Of a stretch of 64,000 nt of DNA, positions 14,463 through 25,099 are shown in pieces (the first letter of the stretch is position 1; the number at the start of each line of letters is the position of its first letter). The translations under genes were made by a program, and so were the position numbers. The notes under the pieces are model-generated. The model was not told the origin of the DNA. It was given only the letters and a program-made list of their open reading frames with translations, and did not search any database. This DNA comes from Escherichia coli (GTDB lineage: Bacteria > Pseudomonadota > Gammaproteobacteria > Enterobacterales > Enterobacteriaceae), in NCBI RefSeq assembly GCF_041248615.1, contig NZ_CP158426.1; one strand, given 5' to 3'.

Positions 14463-15900
14463 CTAGTCTTGGTATAAGTTGACACTTTTCTGTCTGTAAA
14501 ACGCCTGATGAACGTCATAGGGCGTTTTGTATTTCAGAGCCAGGTGTGGCCGCTCATGGTTATAAATTGCCACGGACTCTTGGACCATTTCCCGGGCCTG
14601 AGCCAGGTCTGCAGGACGCGAGAGTAAAAACTCATTTTTCAGGGTACCATTTATTCACTCAGCCAATGCTGGTAGCAGTCATAACCATCAGTCATTGAAC
14701 AGGTTATTTCATTTCTTTCATGAACTGACTGATAGAGCGCTGAACAGTATTGCAGCCCCTGCCAGAATGATGCACCAGGGGACTCGTCGTTTTTCTCAGC
14801 TTCAGCACCTGTCTGAACGCTTTTACCACTTTTTCTGTCTGCAGGTTTTCCCCAACATGGTAGCCCATAATTTTTCTGGAGCAGGCATCGGTGACCAGAC
14901 TCAGATAGGCCGAACTATTGCGCAGTGGAAGGTAAGTAATATCGGCGACCCGGACCTGTTCTGGTTCAAGAGCAGTAACCTGTTCAGGGCCTGGTTTAAG
15001 CAGGTTTGGATGTCGGTAGAAGCGATGATGGCTGTTGGTAGTTTTGTGATATGACCGTTTTACTGGCACCAGGAGTCGGTATTCATCGGGCAGGTTAAAC
15101 AGGCGGTCTCGCCCGATATTCAGCCTTTTATCGGCCTGAGTGTTCAGCAGATAGTGCAGCTTACGCGCACCGATTCGGGGCTGACGACATCTGACACGGG
15201 CAACAAAATCAAGAACCTGAGCATGATGTTCCTGCCGTTTTCTGCGCCTTGCATTGTCCTGATACCATGCCTGTCTGCTGTGTCCCAGGAACAGACTGCA
15301 CGCGTCACAGTTATTTTGGGGACCGGACTTTGCGCGAGGACTTGCCGGGCCGCTTTTTACGATACTCACCCCGTAATCATTTTTCAGGACATTGATAACT
15401 GACTCAAAAAACGTAGCTTTCTGGTTCGCCAGCTCAAGCTACGTTTCAAGTTCCCTGATTCTTTGCTCGGGTGTGAGCGGGATAGTTGTCTGAGTCACAG
15501 GCAGTTTCCTCTTCACCAGCTCAGGAAGTCCAGGATATTTACGTAACCAGACAAGAACGGTGGAGCGCCCCTGAATGCCATACCGCTGCTGGGCCTGTTT
15601 ATAAGTCATCTCGCCTTTTTCAACCTGCTCAACAACAGCTATTTTAAAGGATAGAGGATAATCACGTTGGGTGCGTTTGAGCTAAGTCATCATTACGTTC
15701 TCCGGATTTAAGTAGGAACGTGTCAACGCTATTCAGGACGGGTCACATATTTGAAATAAAGCTCAATGGCGCGGATTTTTTCTTCTTCAGTAAACATGTT
15801 TCATCTCCTGAGAGTCCAGGAAATCGTCCGCATCCCCATTACTGTCTTATATCATTGGCGCTGACAGCTATTCTGCTGAGCCTTGAGGATGCATAAACGG
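14463..15900 (-). mobile_element. IS3-family element with frameshifted orfA/orfB
   Basis: ORF 14704-15369 has the DDE core (HHSGRGC...); C-terminus continues in another frame to ~14465; OrfA-like HTH (MTYKQAQQRYGIQGRSTVLVWLRKY) at ~15400-15700. Confidence 0.5.
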
Positions 15901-15937
15901 GTTAAGAGCTTGTATGTGCAGAACGATAGCGGAACTA

Positions 15938-17090
15938 AATAGCTGCGCGGAATAGTAGATCACTTTGAGGGAGCTCAGCCTGGATTGTGCGATCTGATCA
16001 ATCGCCAAATCAAAACAAATCACCAACCGGACTGAGCAATGCCGATCATAGCACCAATTTCCCGTGACGAACGACGCCTGATGCAGAAAGCCATCCATAA
16101 AACACACGATAAAAATTATGCCCGCAGACTGACTGCCATGCTGATGCTGCACCGGGGCGACCGTGTCAGCGACGTTGCCAGAACGCTCTGCTGCGCCCGT
16201 TCCTCTGTTGGATGTTGGATTAACTGGTTCACGCAGTCGGGTGTTGAGGGACTGAAATCATTACCTGCCGGGCGAGCCCGTCTCTGGTCGTTTGAGCATA
16301 TCTGCACACTGTTACGTGAGCTGGTAAAACATTCTCCCGGCGACTTTGGCTACCAGCGTTCACGCTGGAGTACAGAACTGCTGGCAATAAAAATCAATGA
16401 GATAACCGATTGCCAGTTAAATGCCGGAACCGTTCGCCGCTGGTTGCCGTCTGCGGGGATTGTGTGGCGAAGGGCTGCGCCAACTCTGCGTATCCGTGAC
16501 CCGCATAAAGATGAAAAGATGGCAGCAATCCATAAAGCACTGGACGAATGCAGCACAGAGCATCCGGTCTTTTATGAAGATGAAGTGGATATCCATCTTA
16601 ATCCCAAAATCGGTGCGGACTGGCAACTGCGCGGACAGCAAAAACGGGTGGTCACGCCGGGACAGAATGAAAAATATGATCTGGCCGGAGCGCTGCACAG
16701 CGGGACAGGTAAAGTCAGCTATGTGGGCGGCAACAGCAAAAGTTCGGCGCTGTTCATCAGCCTGCTGAAGCGGCTTAAAGCGACATACCTTCGGGTGAAA
16801 ACCATCACACTGATCGTGGACAACTACATTATCCACAAAAGCCGGGAAACACAGCGCTGGTTGAAGGAGAACCCGAAGTTCAGGGTCATTTATCAGCCGG
16901 TTTACTTGCCATGGGTGAATCATGTTGAACGGCTATGGCAGGCACTTCACGACACAATAACGCGTAATCATCAGTGCCGCTCAATGTGGCAACTGTTGAA
17001 AAAAATTCGCCATTTTATGGAAACCATCAGCCCGTTCCCCGGAGGCAAACATGGGCTGGCAAAAGTGTAGTGGTATTAGGCGCAGCTATT
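15938..17090 (+). mobile_element. IS630, 1153 bp, flanked by TA
   Basis: Terminal IRs AATAGCTGCGC / GCGCAGCTATT; TA at 15936-15937 and 17091-17092; 343-aa transposase matches recalled IS630. Confidence 0.8.
16039..17070 (+). CDS. IS630 transposase
   Basis: Intact 343-aa ORF MPIIAPISRDERRLMQKAIHK... Confidence 0.85.
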   Translation: MPIIAPISRDERRLMQKAIHKTHDKNYARRLTAMLMLHRGDRVSDVARTLCCARSSVGCWINWFTQSGVEGLKSLPAGRARLWSFEHICTLLRELVKHSPGDFGYQRSRWSTELLAIKINEITDCQLNAGTVRRWLPSAGIVWRRAAPTLRIRDPHKDEKMAAIHKALDECSTEHPVFYEDEVDIHLNPKIGADWQLRGQQKRVVTPGQNEKYDLAGALHSGTGKVSYVGGNSKSSALFISLLKRLKATYLRVKTITLIVDNYIIHKSRETQRWLKENPKFRVIYQPVYLPWVNHVERLWQALHDTITRNHQCRSMWQLLKKIRHFMETISPFPGGKHGLAKV

Positions 17091-17149
17091 TAGATGATCT
17101 CTTTAACGATCTCGGTCGTAGTATAAACTTTTTTGATAAATAAATAGAG

Positions 17150-17565
17150 ACCTGTCCAGGCAATCTGAATGCTGTCAGCGTATTGCAAAAGCTAAAGGCA
17201 TTGGTCCTGAAATTGTCACGAGCGTTGTTGCTGTTATTATTGGCAAAGGCACTGAATTTAAGAATGATCGTCACTGTGCTGCATGGCTTGGTCTGCTTCC
17301 ATGCCTGCACTAGAGTTGCTGCAGGTAAGTTCTCATGAATATAACGAAAAAAGGCGACAAGCATCTGCAAACACTTTTTATTCATGGCGTCCGTGCTGTC
17401 GTTAGAGTTGCTACGAATAATAATGATGTATACCTAAATCAGTGGGTTAAGCAGTTAAAGGAGAGTCGCGAATTTAATAAAACTACTGTGGAGATTGCTA
17501 ACAAATACGCGAGAATAATCTGGTCGATGCTGATAAATGATACAGAATATCAGGCAGTGTGAAGT
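17150..17565 (+). pseudogene. IS110-family transposase, C-terminal remnant
   Basis: Frameshifted translation gives ...HCAAWLGLLPC...LFIHGVRAVVRVA...ANKYARIIWSMLINDTEYQAV, a typical IS110 C-terminus. Confidence 0.5.
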
Positions 17566-17699
17566 TAATCTCTTTCAGCAAAAGTTGCAGCGTACTGAGA
17601 AATGGTGACGGGTTGCACCTGCACAATCGGAACCTGATTTTTGTACTGGCCTCAGAGGTCGTCCAGTTGTAGAGGCGATTGTGTGTGGATTCCCTATTT

Positions 17700-17920
17700 G
17701 GGCACAGGTTTTCCTGATGCCGGATAGATGTAAGCAACAATCCAAAACCAGAATCAGTGCTTGCAAAACTGAGGTAGTCAATAGATGTAGTAAGTGGCTT
17801 CAGAAATACCGGCTTCCCGACAAACATCTTTAATTGTTCGTCCGGTTTCAACCGATTTAATTACAGCGATGATCTAATACTCAGTAATACGGGCTTTACG
17901 CATAGCGATTTTCTTCGTTA
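17700..17920 (-). mobile_element. Possible IS3-family OrfA N-terminal fragment
   Basis: Reverse translation MRKARITEY.IIAVIKSVETGRTIKDVCREAGISEATYY resembles an IS3 OrfA HTH region; contains a stop. Confidence 0.25.
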
Positions 17921-18149
17921 TCAGATTGATTATTCCGGATGATCTCTAAATATGAATGGAGCGATTATGCGGGATACTTACAGATGGCTCTCACTTAATG
18001 AGAGTCTTCTTTCAAACAACAAAAACAGTAAATTGGGTAGAATGGGGAACTTAACTGCATCGTTAATTAATATATGGATGCGCTGTTGTAAAATATAGAT
18101 GTATCGGGGATAATAATACTTTACTCTGTTTCCAGCGAGTATGTTTGGT

Positions 18150-18172
18150 TTGCTGGACAAAGCGCCTCATAA
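18150..18172 (-). terminator. Hairpin downstream of ORF 18227-18511
   Basis: GCGCCTC-ATAAAGTCAG-GAGGCGC, 7-bp stem, followed on the minus strand by a moderately T-rich tract. Confidence 0.35.
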
Positions 18173-18226
18173 AGTCAGAGGCGCTCAAAGTAGAAATATA
18201 TTTCAGAGGGAATGTATCATAATGTA

Positions 18227-18511
18227 CTAGTGGTTCTTTGATGGTATATCAAAAATGTTTGTGTGAACTGTATAACAGCCCTCCAGTAGTGATGCTAGCC
18301 ATTTGAAAGATTTCTGCTGTTCTGAAGACCATCTGGAATTATTTGATTCAAAATGAATGAATGCCAGTATTTGTATCATCTGTTCCTTAGGAAGCGATGA
18401 AGCCAGATATGAAAATGCAACCGTGAGAGCATTCATGTCGTCTCGAAGCATTGACATGTACTCGAGTAATTCCTGCAGAGTAATTGTTCTATTGTCCATA
18501 AAACTCCTCAT
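18227..18511 (-). CDS. Hypothetical small protein (~90 aa), divergent from iha
   Basis: ORF with downstream hairpin; no recognisable family. Confidence 0.35.
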   Translation of the reverse strand: MRSFMDNRTITLQELLEYMSMLRDDMNALTVAFSYLASSLPKEQMIQILAFIHFESNNSRWSSEQQKSFKWLASLLEGCYTVHTNIFDIPSKNH

Positions 18512-18755
18512 TATTAATTATATTCACCTGTCTGATGTACGAAATATCCGATAGTGTATGATTAACATATCCAAGGACAAGAAACTGATAAAGATTGGAT
18601 AAATACCCATAGTGCAAAAATCCGATATGGATCGTCAACGATTGCTATCCGTTACTTTCCCCTAGAGAAAAGAACGTCCTCAACTGAAATTCGGGGTATA
18701 GTAGAACCTTATGTAATATTTTGTAATTTTTTGCTTTTTTATGTAAAAACCAAAA

Positions 18756-18774
18756 GCAAATCATTCTCATTATC
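18756..18774 (+). promoter_or_regulatory. Fur-box-like sequence upstream of iha
   Basis: GCAAATCATTCTCATTATC resembles the Fur consensus GATAATGATAATCATTATC; lies ~50 bp upstream of the iha start. Confidence 0.5.
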
Positions 18775-18823
18775 TCTTGCGTTTGTTTATCTTCTCTCTG
18801 ATTAATATAATCGGAGAGAAGAT

Positions 18824-20911
18824 ATGCGAGTAACCACTCTGGCTTCAGTAGCCATCCCTTGTCTCGGGTTTTCAGTCAGCAGTATGGCTGCGGAAGATGT
18901 GATGGTAGTCACGGCGTCTGGCTATGAAAAAAAATTAACCAGTGCAGCTGCGAGTGTTTCAGTGATCAGCCAGGAGGATTTGCGATCCAGCCAGTATCAT
19001 GATCTGGGGGAGGCACTGAGATCCGTAGAGGGGGTGGATGTTGAAAGCGGTACGGGTAAAACAGGTGGGCTGGAAATCAGCATCCGCGGAATGCCTGCCA
19101 GTTATACGCTGATACTGATCGATGGTGTCCGTCAGGGCGGGAGCAGTGACGTAACCCCAAACGGTTATGCTGCCATGAATACGGGTTTTATGCCACCTCT
19201 GGCCGCCATCGAACGTATTGAGATTATCAGGGGCCCCATGTCCACTCTGTACGGCTCTGATGCCATGGGGGGCGTGGTGAATATCATCACCAAAAAGAAT
19301 GCAGACAAATGGCGCTCTTCGGTTAATGCCGGGCTGAACCTGCAGGAAAGTAACAAATGGGGGAACAGCAGCCAGTTTAATTTCTGGAGCAGCGGTCCCC
19401 TTGTGGATGATTCACTCAGCCTTCAGGTACGTGGCAGCACACAGCAGCGTCAGGGCTCATCGGTCACATCACTGAGCGACACCTCAGCTACGCGTATCCC
19501 TTATCCCACGGAATCACAGAATTATAATGCAGGTGGTCGTCTTGACTGGAAAGCGACGGACAAGGATGTACTCTGGATTGATATGGATATCGCCCGGCAG
19601 CGTTATGATAACCGAGATGGCCAGCTGGGCAGTCTGACGGGCGGTTATGATCGCACCCTGCGCTATGAGCGTAATAAAATTTCAGCAGGCTATGATCATA
19701 CATTCACCTTCGGAGCCTGGAAGTCATCCCTGAACTGGAATGAGACGGAAAATAAAGGCCGTCAGCTTGTACGTAGCGTACTGCAGCGTGATAAATGGGG
19801 GCTTGCCGGCCAGCCGAGGGAGCTTAAGGAGTCGAATCTTATCCTGAGCTCATTACTGTTTGCACCTCTGGGGGAATCACACAAGGTTACCGTCGGTGGT
19901 GAGTATCAGAACTCCTCCATGAAAGACGGGGTTGTTCTCGCCAGTACTGGTGAAACCTTCCGTCAGAAAAGCTGGTCGGCATTTGTTGAGGATGAGTGGT
20001 ATATCACGGATGCATTTGCACTGACTGCGGGTAGCCGCTATGAACGCTATGAGGTGTTCGGAGGACACTTCAGTCCCCGGGCATATATGGTCTGGGATGT
20101 GACTGATGCGTGGACGCTGAAAGGTGGGGTGACCACGGGATATAAGGCGCCCAGCATGGGGCAGTTACATAAGGGGATCAGCGGTGTGTCCGGTCAGGGG
20201 CGTACGAATCTTCTCGGTAACCCGGACCTGAAGCCGGAGGAGAGTGTCAGTTATGAAGCGGGCGTGTATTACGATAATCATGCCGGTCTGAACGCCAATA
20301 TCACGGGCTTTATGACAGAATTCTCCAACAAGATCGTATCTTATTCCATTGATGATAATACCCGCAGCTACACAAACAGCGGAAAGGCTAGGACTCAGGG
20401 CGTGGAATTTGCCGGCACACTGCCTCTGTTGTCAGAGGATGTGACTCTGTCTCTGAATTATACCTGGACGCAGAGTGAACAACGGGATGGGGATAATAAA
20501 GGTGCACCACTGAGTTACACCCCTGAGCATATGGTGAATGCGAAACTGAACTGGCAGATTACTGAAGAGGTGACATCATGGCTGGGTGCCCGTTACCGCG
20601 GGAAAACGCCACGTTTCACCCAGAATTATTCGTCACTCTCAGCTGTACAGAAGAAAGTGTATGATGAGAAAGGTGAATATCTGAAAGCCTGGACGGTACT
20701 GGATGCGGGCATGTCGTGGAAAGTGACGGATGCACTGATGCTGAATGCAGCGGTGAATAATGTGCTTAACAAGGATTACAGTGACGTAAGTCTGTATCGT
20801 GCCGGCAGTGGTACGCTTTATGCGGGTGATTACTTCCAGACGGGGGCATCGACAACGGGTTATGTGATACCTGAGAGAAATTACTGGATGTCGCTGAACT
20901 ATCAGTTCTGA
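18824..20911 (+). CDS. iha: Iha, IrgA-homologue adhesin / TonB-dependent catecholate siderophore receptor
   Basis: 695-aa outer-membrane protein with signal peptide, TonB-dependent receptor plug and barrel, C-terminal ...NYWMSLNYQF; matches recalled Iha. Confidence 0.8.
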   Translation: MRVTTLASVAIPCLGFSVSSMAAEDVMVVTASGYEKKLTSAAASVSVISQEDLRSSQYHDLGEALRSVEGVDVESGTGKTGGLEISIRGMPASYTLILIDGVRQGGSSDVTPNGYAAMNTGFMPPLAAIERIEIIRGPMSTLYGSDAMGGVVNIITKKNADKWRSSVNAGLNLQESNKWGNSSQFNFWSSGPLVDDSLSLQVRGSTQQRQGSSVTSLSDTSATRIPYPTESQNYNAGGRLDWKATDKDVLWIDMDIARQRYDNRDGQLGSLTGGYDRTLRYERNKISAGYDHTFTFGAWKSSLNWNETENKGRQLVRSVLQRDKWGLAGQPRELKESNLILSSLLFAPLGESHKVTVGGEYQNSSMKDGVVLASTGETFRQKSWSAFVEDEWYITDAFALTAGSRYERYEVFGGHFSPRAYMVWDVTDAWTLKGGVTTGYKAPSMGQLHKGISGVSGQGRTNLLGNPDLKPEESVSYEAGVYYDNHAGLNANITGFMTEFSNKIVSYSIDDNTRSYTNSGKARTQGVEFAGTLPLLSEDVTLSLNYTWTQSEQRDGDNKGAPLSYTPEHMVNAKLNWQITEEVTSWLGARYRGKTPRFTQNYSSLSAVQKKVYDEKGEYLKAWTVLDAGMSWKVTDALMLNAAVNNVLNKDYSDVSLYRAGSGTLYAGDYFQTGASTTGYVIPERNYWMSLNYQF

Positions 20912-21397
20912 TAACAACAAACCCGATATAACGCATTATAATACGTAAAGATGCTGCCTCTGTCACCTGAGGGCAGTGGCAGCAACACACGATGCAGGTG
21001 TTTGATCACCAGTGACCCGCCGTTTACTCCTTTAGTATGGCATACTTCTGTTGTCACCTGTGACCAGGCGCGCGACTCTGTAAACATCCGGATGTATGCG
21101 TTCTTCTGACAGTTAATATTACCGGCAGGTAGTTGACGATGTGTGGGCTTGTGACCGCATCCGGGTAATAAAGAAATAATCCGCCAGCGGCTTTTATTCT
21201 TATGGGCAGTAATTAAATACATCGCCATGTGGGTAAATATAAGTGACGGAATGAGAGTAACAAGTGATGCTGGAATTAAGATTTTGCTTTTTGCAGTGAT
21301 AGCCAGAGCCTTTTACAGAAATGTGGTATGAGGTGCATTTTTTACGCTCACATTATTGTTTTATTATCGGCGTCAACCAGTGATCAGGAGGTGCAAC

Positions 21398-21649
21398 ATG
21401 CGTATATGTGTTTTTGGTTACAAAACATGTCCTTCAGTACACCGGATCATGCATCATGCGACAAATCTCCGGGATGAAACAGGGGCAGATGTCCTCTTTA
21501 TTGATGCTGAGAAACATGGTATCAGTCTGAAGGTAATGTCTGAGCGTGCTGGATGTGCAGTTGAAAAATTCCCCTGTGTTTTTGTTGATGACGTCTATCT
21601 CGAACCACTGCCACCGGTGCCGGGACAACCTCATTATACTTATTGTTGA
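21398..21649 (+). CDS. Hypothetical protein at start of ICE-type gene remnant
   Basis: ORF from MRICVFGYKTCP...; ribosome-binding-like AGGAGG upstream; function unknown. Confidence 0.3.
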   Translation: MRICVFGYKTCPSVHRIMHHATNLRDETGADVLFIDAEKHGISLKVMSERAGCAVEKFPCVFVDDVYLEPLPPVPGQPHYTYC

Positions 21650-21844
21650 AAATCACCACTTGGTATGAATCAGTTCCCCGGCTTTGTGAAAGGCCGGGTA
21701 TAATCACAGACTGTCTGTTATGCTTGGCAGATACACTTCCCCGGATCCCACCGTAATTTTTTAATCCCGTTTTTAATTTATTGCTGATAAATGAGCGCTT
21801 TCTTCGCACGCTGTCAGTCAGATAATATCTGACTGAGGTGTACG

Positions 21845-22240
21845 ATGTACCGGATTTTCTGTTCCCTGTTTTTCCTGCCGCTGGCAGCGTCTGCCGGCAC
21901 AACAATTTATACCGATTCTCAGCATCTTCCCGTTAATCCTCCTGATGGTGTCAGGGTGGTTCTGCTGGATGCGCCTGAGCAGCTTCAGAGCCGCTTTTGG
22001 GGCCTGTTGCCTGCTGATGCGGGTGAGGCTGAATCGGTGGTCAGGGTACGTATGAAGTCTCCCGAATGGCAGACGATGCAGGCGGAACTGGCCGGTCATT
22101 ACCGCGATGTGGCACATGCCTAGTCGCTGGGCGTGAAGAAATACCCTGCCGTGGTGTTTGATGACAGTGAGGTGGTTTACGGCACCATGGATGTGGTGAT
22201 GGCCGGGAAAATCCGTGCTGAGGGAGGAGTGCAGCCATGA
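21845..22240 (+). pseudogene. ICE-type conjugation protein with signal peptide, interrupted by in-frame amber
   Basis: TAG at 22121-22123 within ...HYRDVAHA*SLGVKKYPAVVFDD...; stop overlaps next gene start (ATGA at 22237). Confidence 0.45.
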
Positions 22241-23211
22241 TGTCCCTGAAATGTCGTCTGCGTACCGGCGTGCTGTTACTGAGTGTGGCATCACTGCCCC
22301 TGGCGTCTGTATCACTGAACACCGCCAGCATTATCGCCAGTACTGCGGCACCGGACTATATCAGCTGGCGTGTCAGCGGGATTTGTTACTGGCTTTACTG
22401 CAGCGCGTCTGGCTGTACGGTCAGAATTTCCGTGAAGGTGACACATTTCATCCCGGAAGTGGTTATTTCCACCTATACGGCACCGGGTGGTAATCCCTGG
22501 AAAGAGATGTCGCTGGTCAGCCGGACCGCAGGTGGCCCGGAGAATGCCATCACTGACGGCCTGTCCGGGCTGAGTGCCGGCGGGGGAAATCCGGCGGATA
22601 TGAAAATACAGGGGAAGCGCCGTTCAGCAATTCGTTTCAAATATGCAGATGCGCTGGGTCATCCGGCCACACAGCTTATCGGCGGGATGGTACCCGGATT
22701 CAGCTGTGATTCACCGGTGACACCGGCCATGGCCTATTTCCTCAGTACCCTGGACAGCATCGTCTAGCGAACGGGATTACCTGAATCCCTGTATCCAGAG
22801 GCACAGGTTCCCGGCAAACGCGAGATTGGCAGCTAGGCCGATAAAAACATGTGGGGGAGCGTTTATCACCGGAGTGGTTTTGTGATGCAGAGCGATGATG
22901 ACCGGGCCGCGGCGGTGGGGGCTCAGCGGGTGGCCGACATTATCACGCGGATGGGGGAGTCGCATGTCTACAGGGAGGTTAAGGGCGTGAAACGTGACGG
23001 CTACTGGCCCCCGGAGGCGGTGGAGGAAAACACCGGCACCCGCAATCACAAATGGCAGCGACTGACGCCGTCAGTGTCGCGTTCCTGTGCCGTTTTCCCG
23101 GATGGTGAACACCAGGCGGCGGAGAACGGTAATGCAGCCTTTGCACTGTGGCAGCCTTACAGCTGCTTCGAAAAGCGCGGGCAGCGATTCCTTGGCAGTA
23201 CGAATTTTTAA
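22237..23211 (+). pseudogene. ICE-type conjugation protein (TraU-like?), broken by stop/frameshift near 22767
   Basis: Signal peptide, GICYWLYC motif; continues in ORF 22849-23211 in another frame. Confidence 0.4.
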
Positions 23212-23217
23212 GGAACC

Positions 23218-23960
23218 ATGATGATGAAGATGAAAACAGGTATGGTGGCACTGAGTGTGATGCTGTACTGCAGTATTCCGGCGATGGCTGATCTTCTTTC
23301 CCTGCCGAAACTGAATGACAGCACGTTCGGTTACGGGAAATCCGTGGATGGCGCCGTATCCGACAAACTGTTCTATACGCTGGGTGGCGGCTCGGTGATC
23401 TCACAGTTGGCCACGCGCAGCAACATGCAGAAGCTGGGTATGGACCTGGGCTGGAGCAGCGATCTGATGTGCGGCAACTTTGACCTGAAGACCACGGTGG
23501 GTAATCATCTTAACGGATTGACCGACGGCTTTAAAAATCTGATGGGGGATGTGATTTAGGGGGCGACCGGCGCCGCTGCCAGTCTGCCGGCGATGGTGAT
23601 ACAGCGTGCCAACCCCGGCCTGTACGACATGATCACCAACGGTGTGCTGCAGGCGAATGTGGCTTTCGACAAGGCGTAACTGAACTGCCAGAACATGGCA
23701 AAACGGATGATGGACTTTTCTGATCGCAGCAAATGGACGCAGGCCAGCGATGCTGGAAGAGTACAAGAAGGTGGTGAACAGCGGTGACGGTGATGCGGTG
23801 AAAGGGGACGAGGCCGGACGTCAGGCCACCGGGAAGGAAGGTAAGAAATGGATTGGCGGGCAGCAGCGCGGCGGGGCAGGTCAGCCCGCCATCCGGCCGG
23901 TGCATGATCTGACAGCGGCTGGGTTTAACATGATGAACAGTCTGCCCGTGACCAGTACGG
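23218..23960 (+). pseudogene. ICE-type conjugation protein, frameshifted and 3'-truncated
   Basis: Signal peptide MMMKMKTGMVALSVMLYCSIPAMA; frame shifts after 23559; truncated by the IS2-like remnant. Confidence 0.4.
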
Positions 23961-23979
23961 GAGGTTACGATAAAGCCGA

Positions 23980-24390
23980 CAGTGCAGGATGTGATGTTAG
24001 GAGCGATAGAAAAACGCTTTGGCGATAAAGGACCGGAACGAGCAATCCAGTGGCGGACGGATAACGGTTCGGCTTATACGGCTCATGAAACACGGCAATT
24101 CGCCAGAGAGTTGAATCTGGAGCCCTGCACGACGGCAGTCAGTAGCCCTCAGAGCAATAGAATGGCAGAAAGGTTCGTGAAAACGTGAATGAAGACTACA
24201 TCGCGTTCATGCCGAAACTGAATGTAATAACGGCATTGCATAACCTTGCAGAGGCGTTCGAGCATTACAATGAAAACCATCCGCATAGTGCGTTAGGTTA
24301 TCTCTCACCACGGGAATATCGACGTCAGCGGATAACGTTAACTTAAGATACAATAGCAGTCTGATATTGAGGGGGCAAGAACATCCGAAC
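23980..24390 (+). mobile_element. IS2-group (IS3 family) 3' remnant: orfB C-terminus plus right IR
   Basis: ...[46 protein letters not shown] and ...[24 protein letters not shown] (frameshifted), followed by an IS2-IRR-like sequence. Confidence 0.55.
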
Positions 24391-24577
24391 CACACCAGCC
24401 TGTGACTTATACCCTGTCTCTACGACCCAGAGAGTATTATTCTTAATAATCTCATAATATATACACAATAGGAAGTATCTATTAACAAAATAGAGAACAT
24501 CGTTTTTACTATCAAATAGTTGCACTGTATTAATATGATTAAACTTTAAAAAAGTTTCAGGCTGATCAGGAGGAGTT

Positions 24578-25051
24578 ATGAAAAAAATAAATATTTTAAT
24601 TCTGTGTCTGTTTTCTGGAGCGTCGTGGGCAAGTGACGTAGATAATGTTAAGTGTATTCGGGTAGATAGTAAAGACATTGAAAGGTTATTCGATCGCTGG
24701 AATGAATCATTAAAAACAGGTGATGCCAAGAAGGTTGCTGATAACTATTTAAGTGATGCGATCTTACTGCCCACAGTATCAAAAAAAATTAGGATTACAG
24801 ATGCAGAAAGAGTTGACTATTTTGAGCATTTTTTGAAAAAAAAACCTGTTGGAGAAATAAACTTCAGAACTATTCGCATTGGATGCAATATGGCTCTTGA
24901 TACAGGGAATTACACGTTTACTTTTGAAGATAAAAAACAAGTTTCAGCACGCTATAGTTTCGCTTATGAGTGGGATGGAAAGGATTGGAAAATATCATCC
25001 CATCATTCATCTGTAGTGCCAACAACAGAGCCTGTACATAGATTTGTGTAA
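24578..25051 (+). CDS. Secreted NTF2-like (SnoaL/DUF4440-type) protein; last 7 codons supplied by the IS end
   Basis: Signal peptide MKKINILILCLFSGASWA; native stop TAA now lies at 26351 after the IS insertion, so the C-terminus ...VVPTT is replaced by ...VVPTTEPVHRFV. Confidence 0.5.
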   Translation: MKKINILILCLFSGASWASDVDNVKCIRVDSKDIERLFDRWNESLKTGDAKKVADNYLSDAILLPTVSKKIRITDAERVDYFEHFLKKKPVGEINFRTIRIGCNMALDTGNYTFTFEDKKQVSARYSFAYEWDGKDWKISSHHSSVVPTTEPVHRFV

Positions 25052-25099
25052 TTGCCTGATTTTGATATGTTCAATCCAGCATCAAATGAAGGTTAATTT

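Noticed and set aside
16417-16923. 168-aa minus-strand ORF inside the IS630 transposase
   Set aside because: Antisense to the intact 343-aa transposase; no signal of its own.
22777-23905. Several minus-strand ORFs (90-141 aa) across the ICE-type gene remnants
   Set aside because: GC-rich region produces long open frames on the opposite strand; no motifs or start context.
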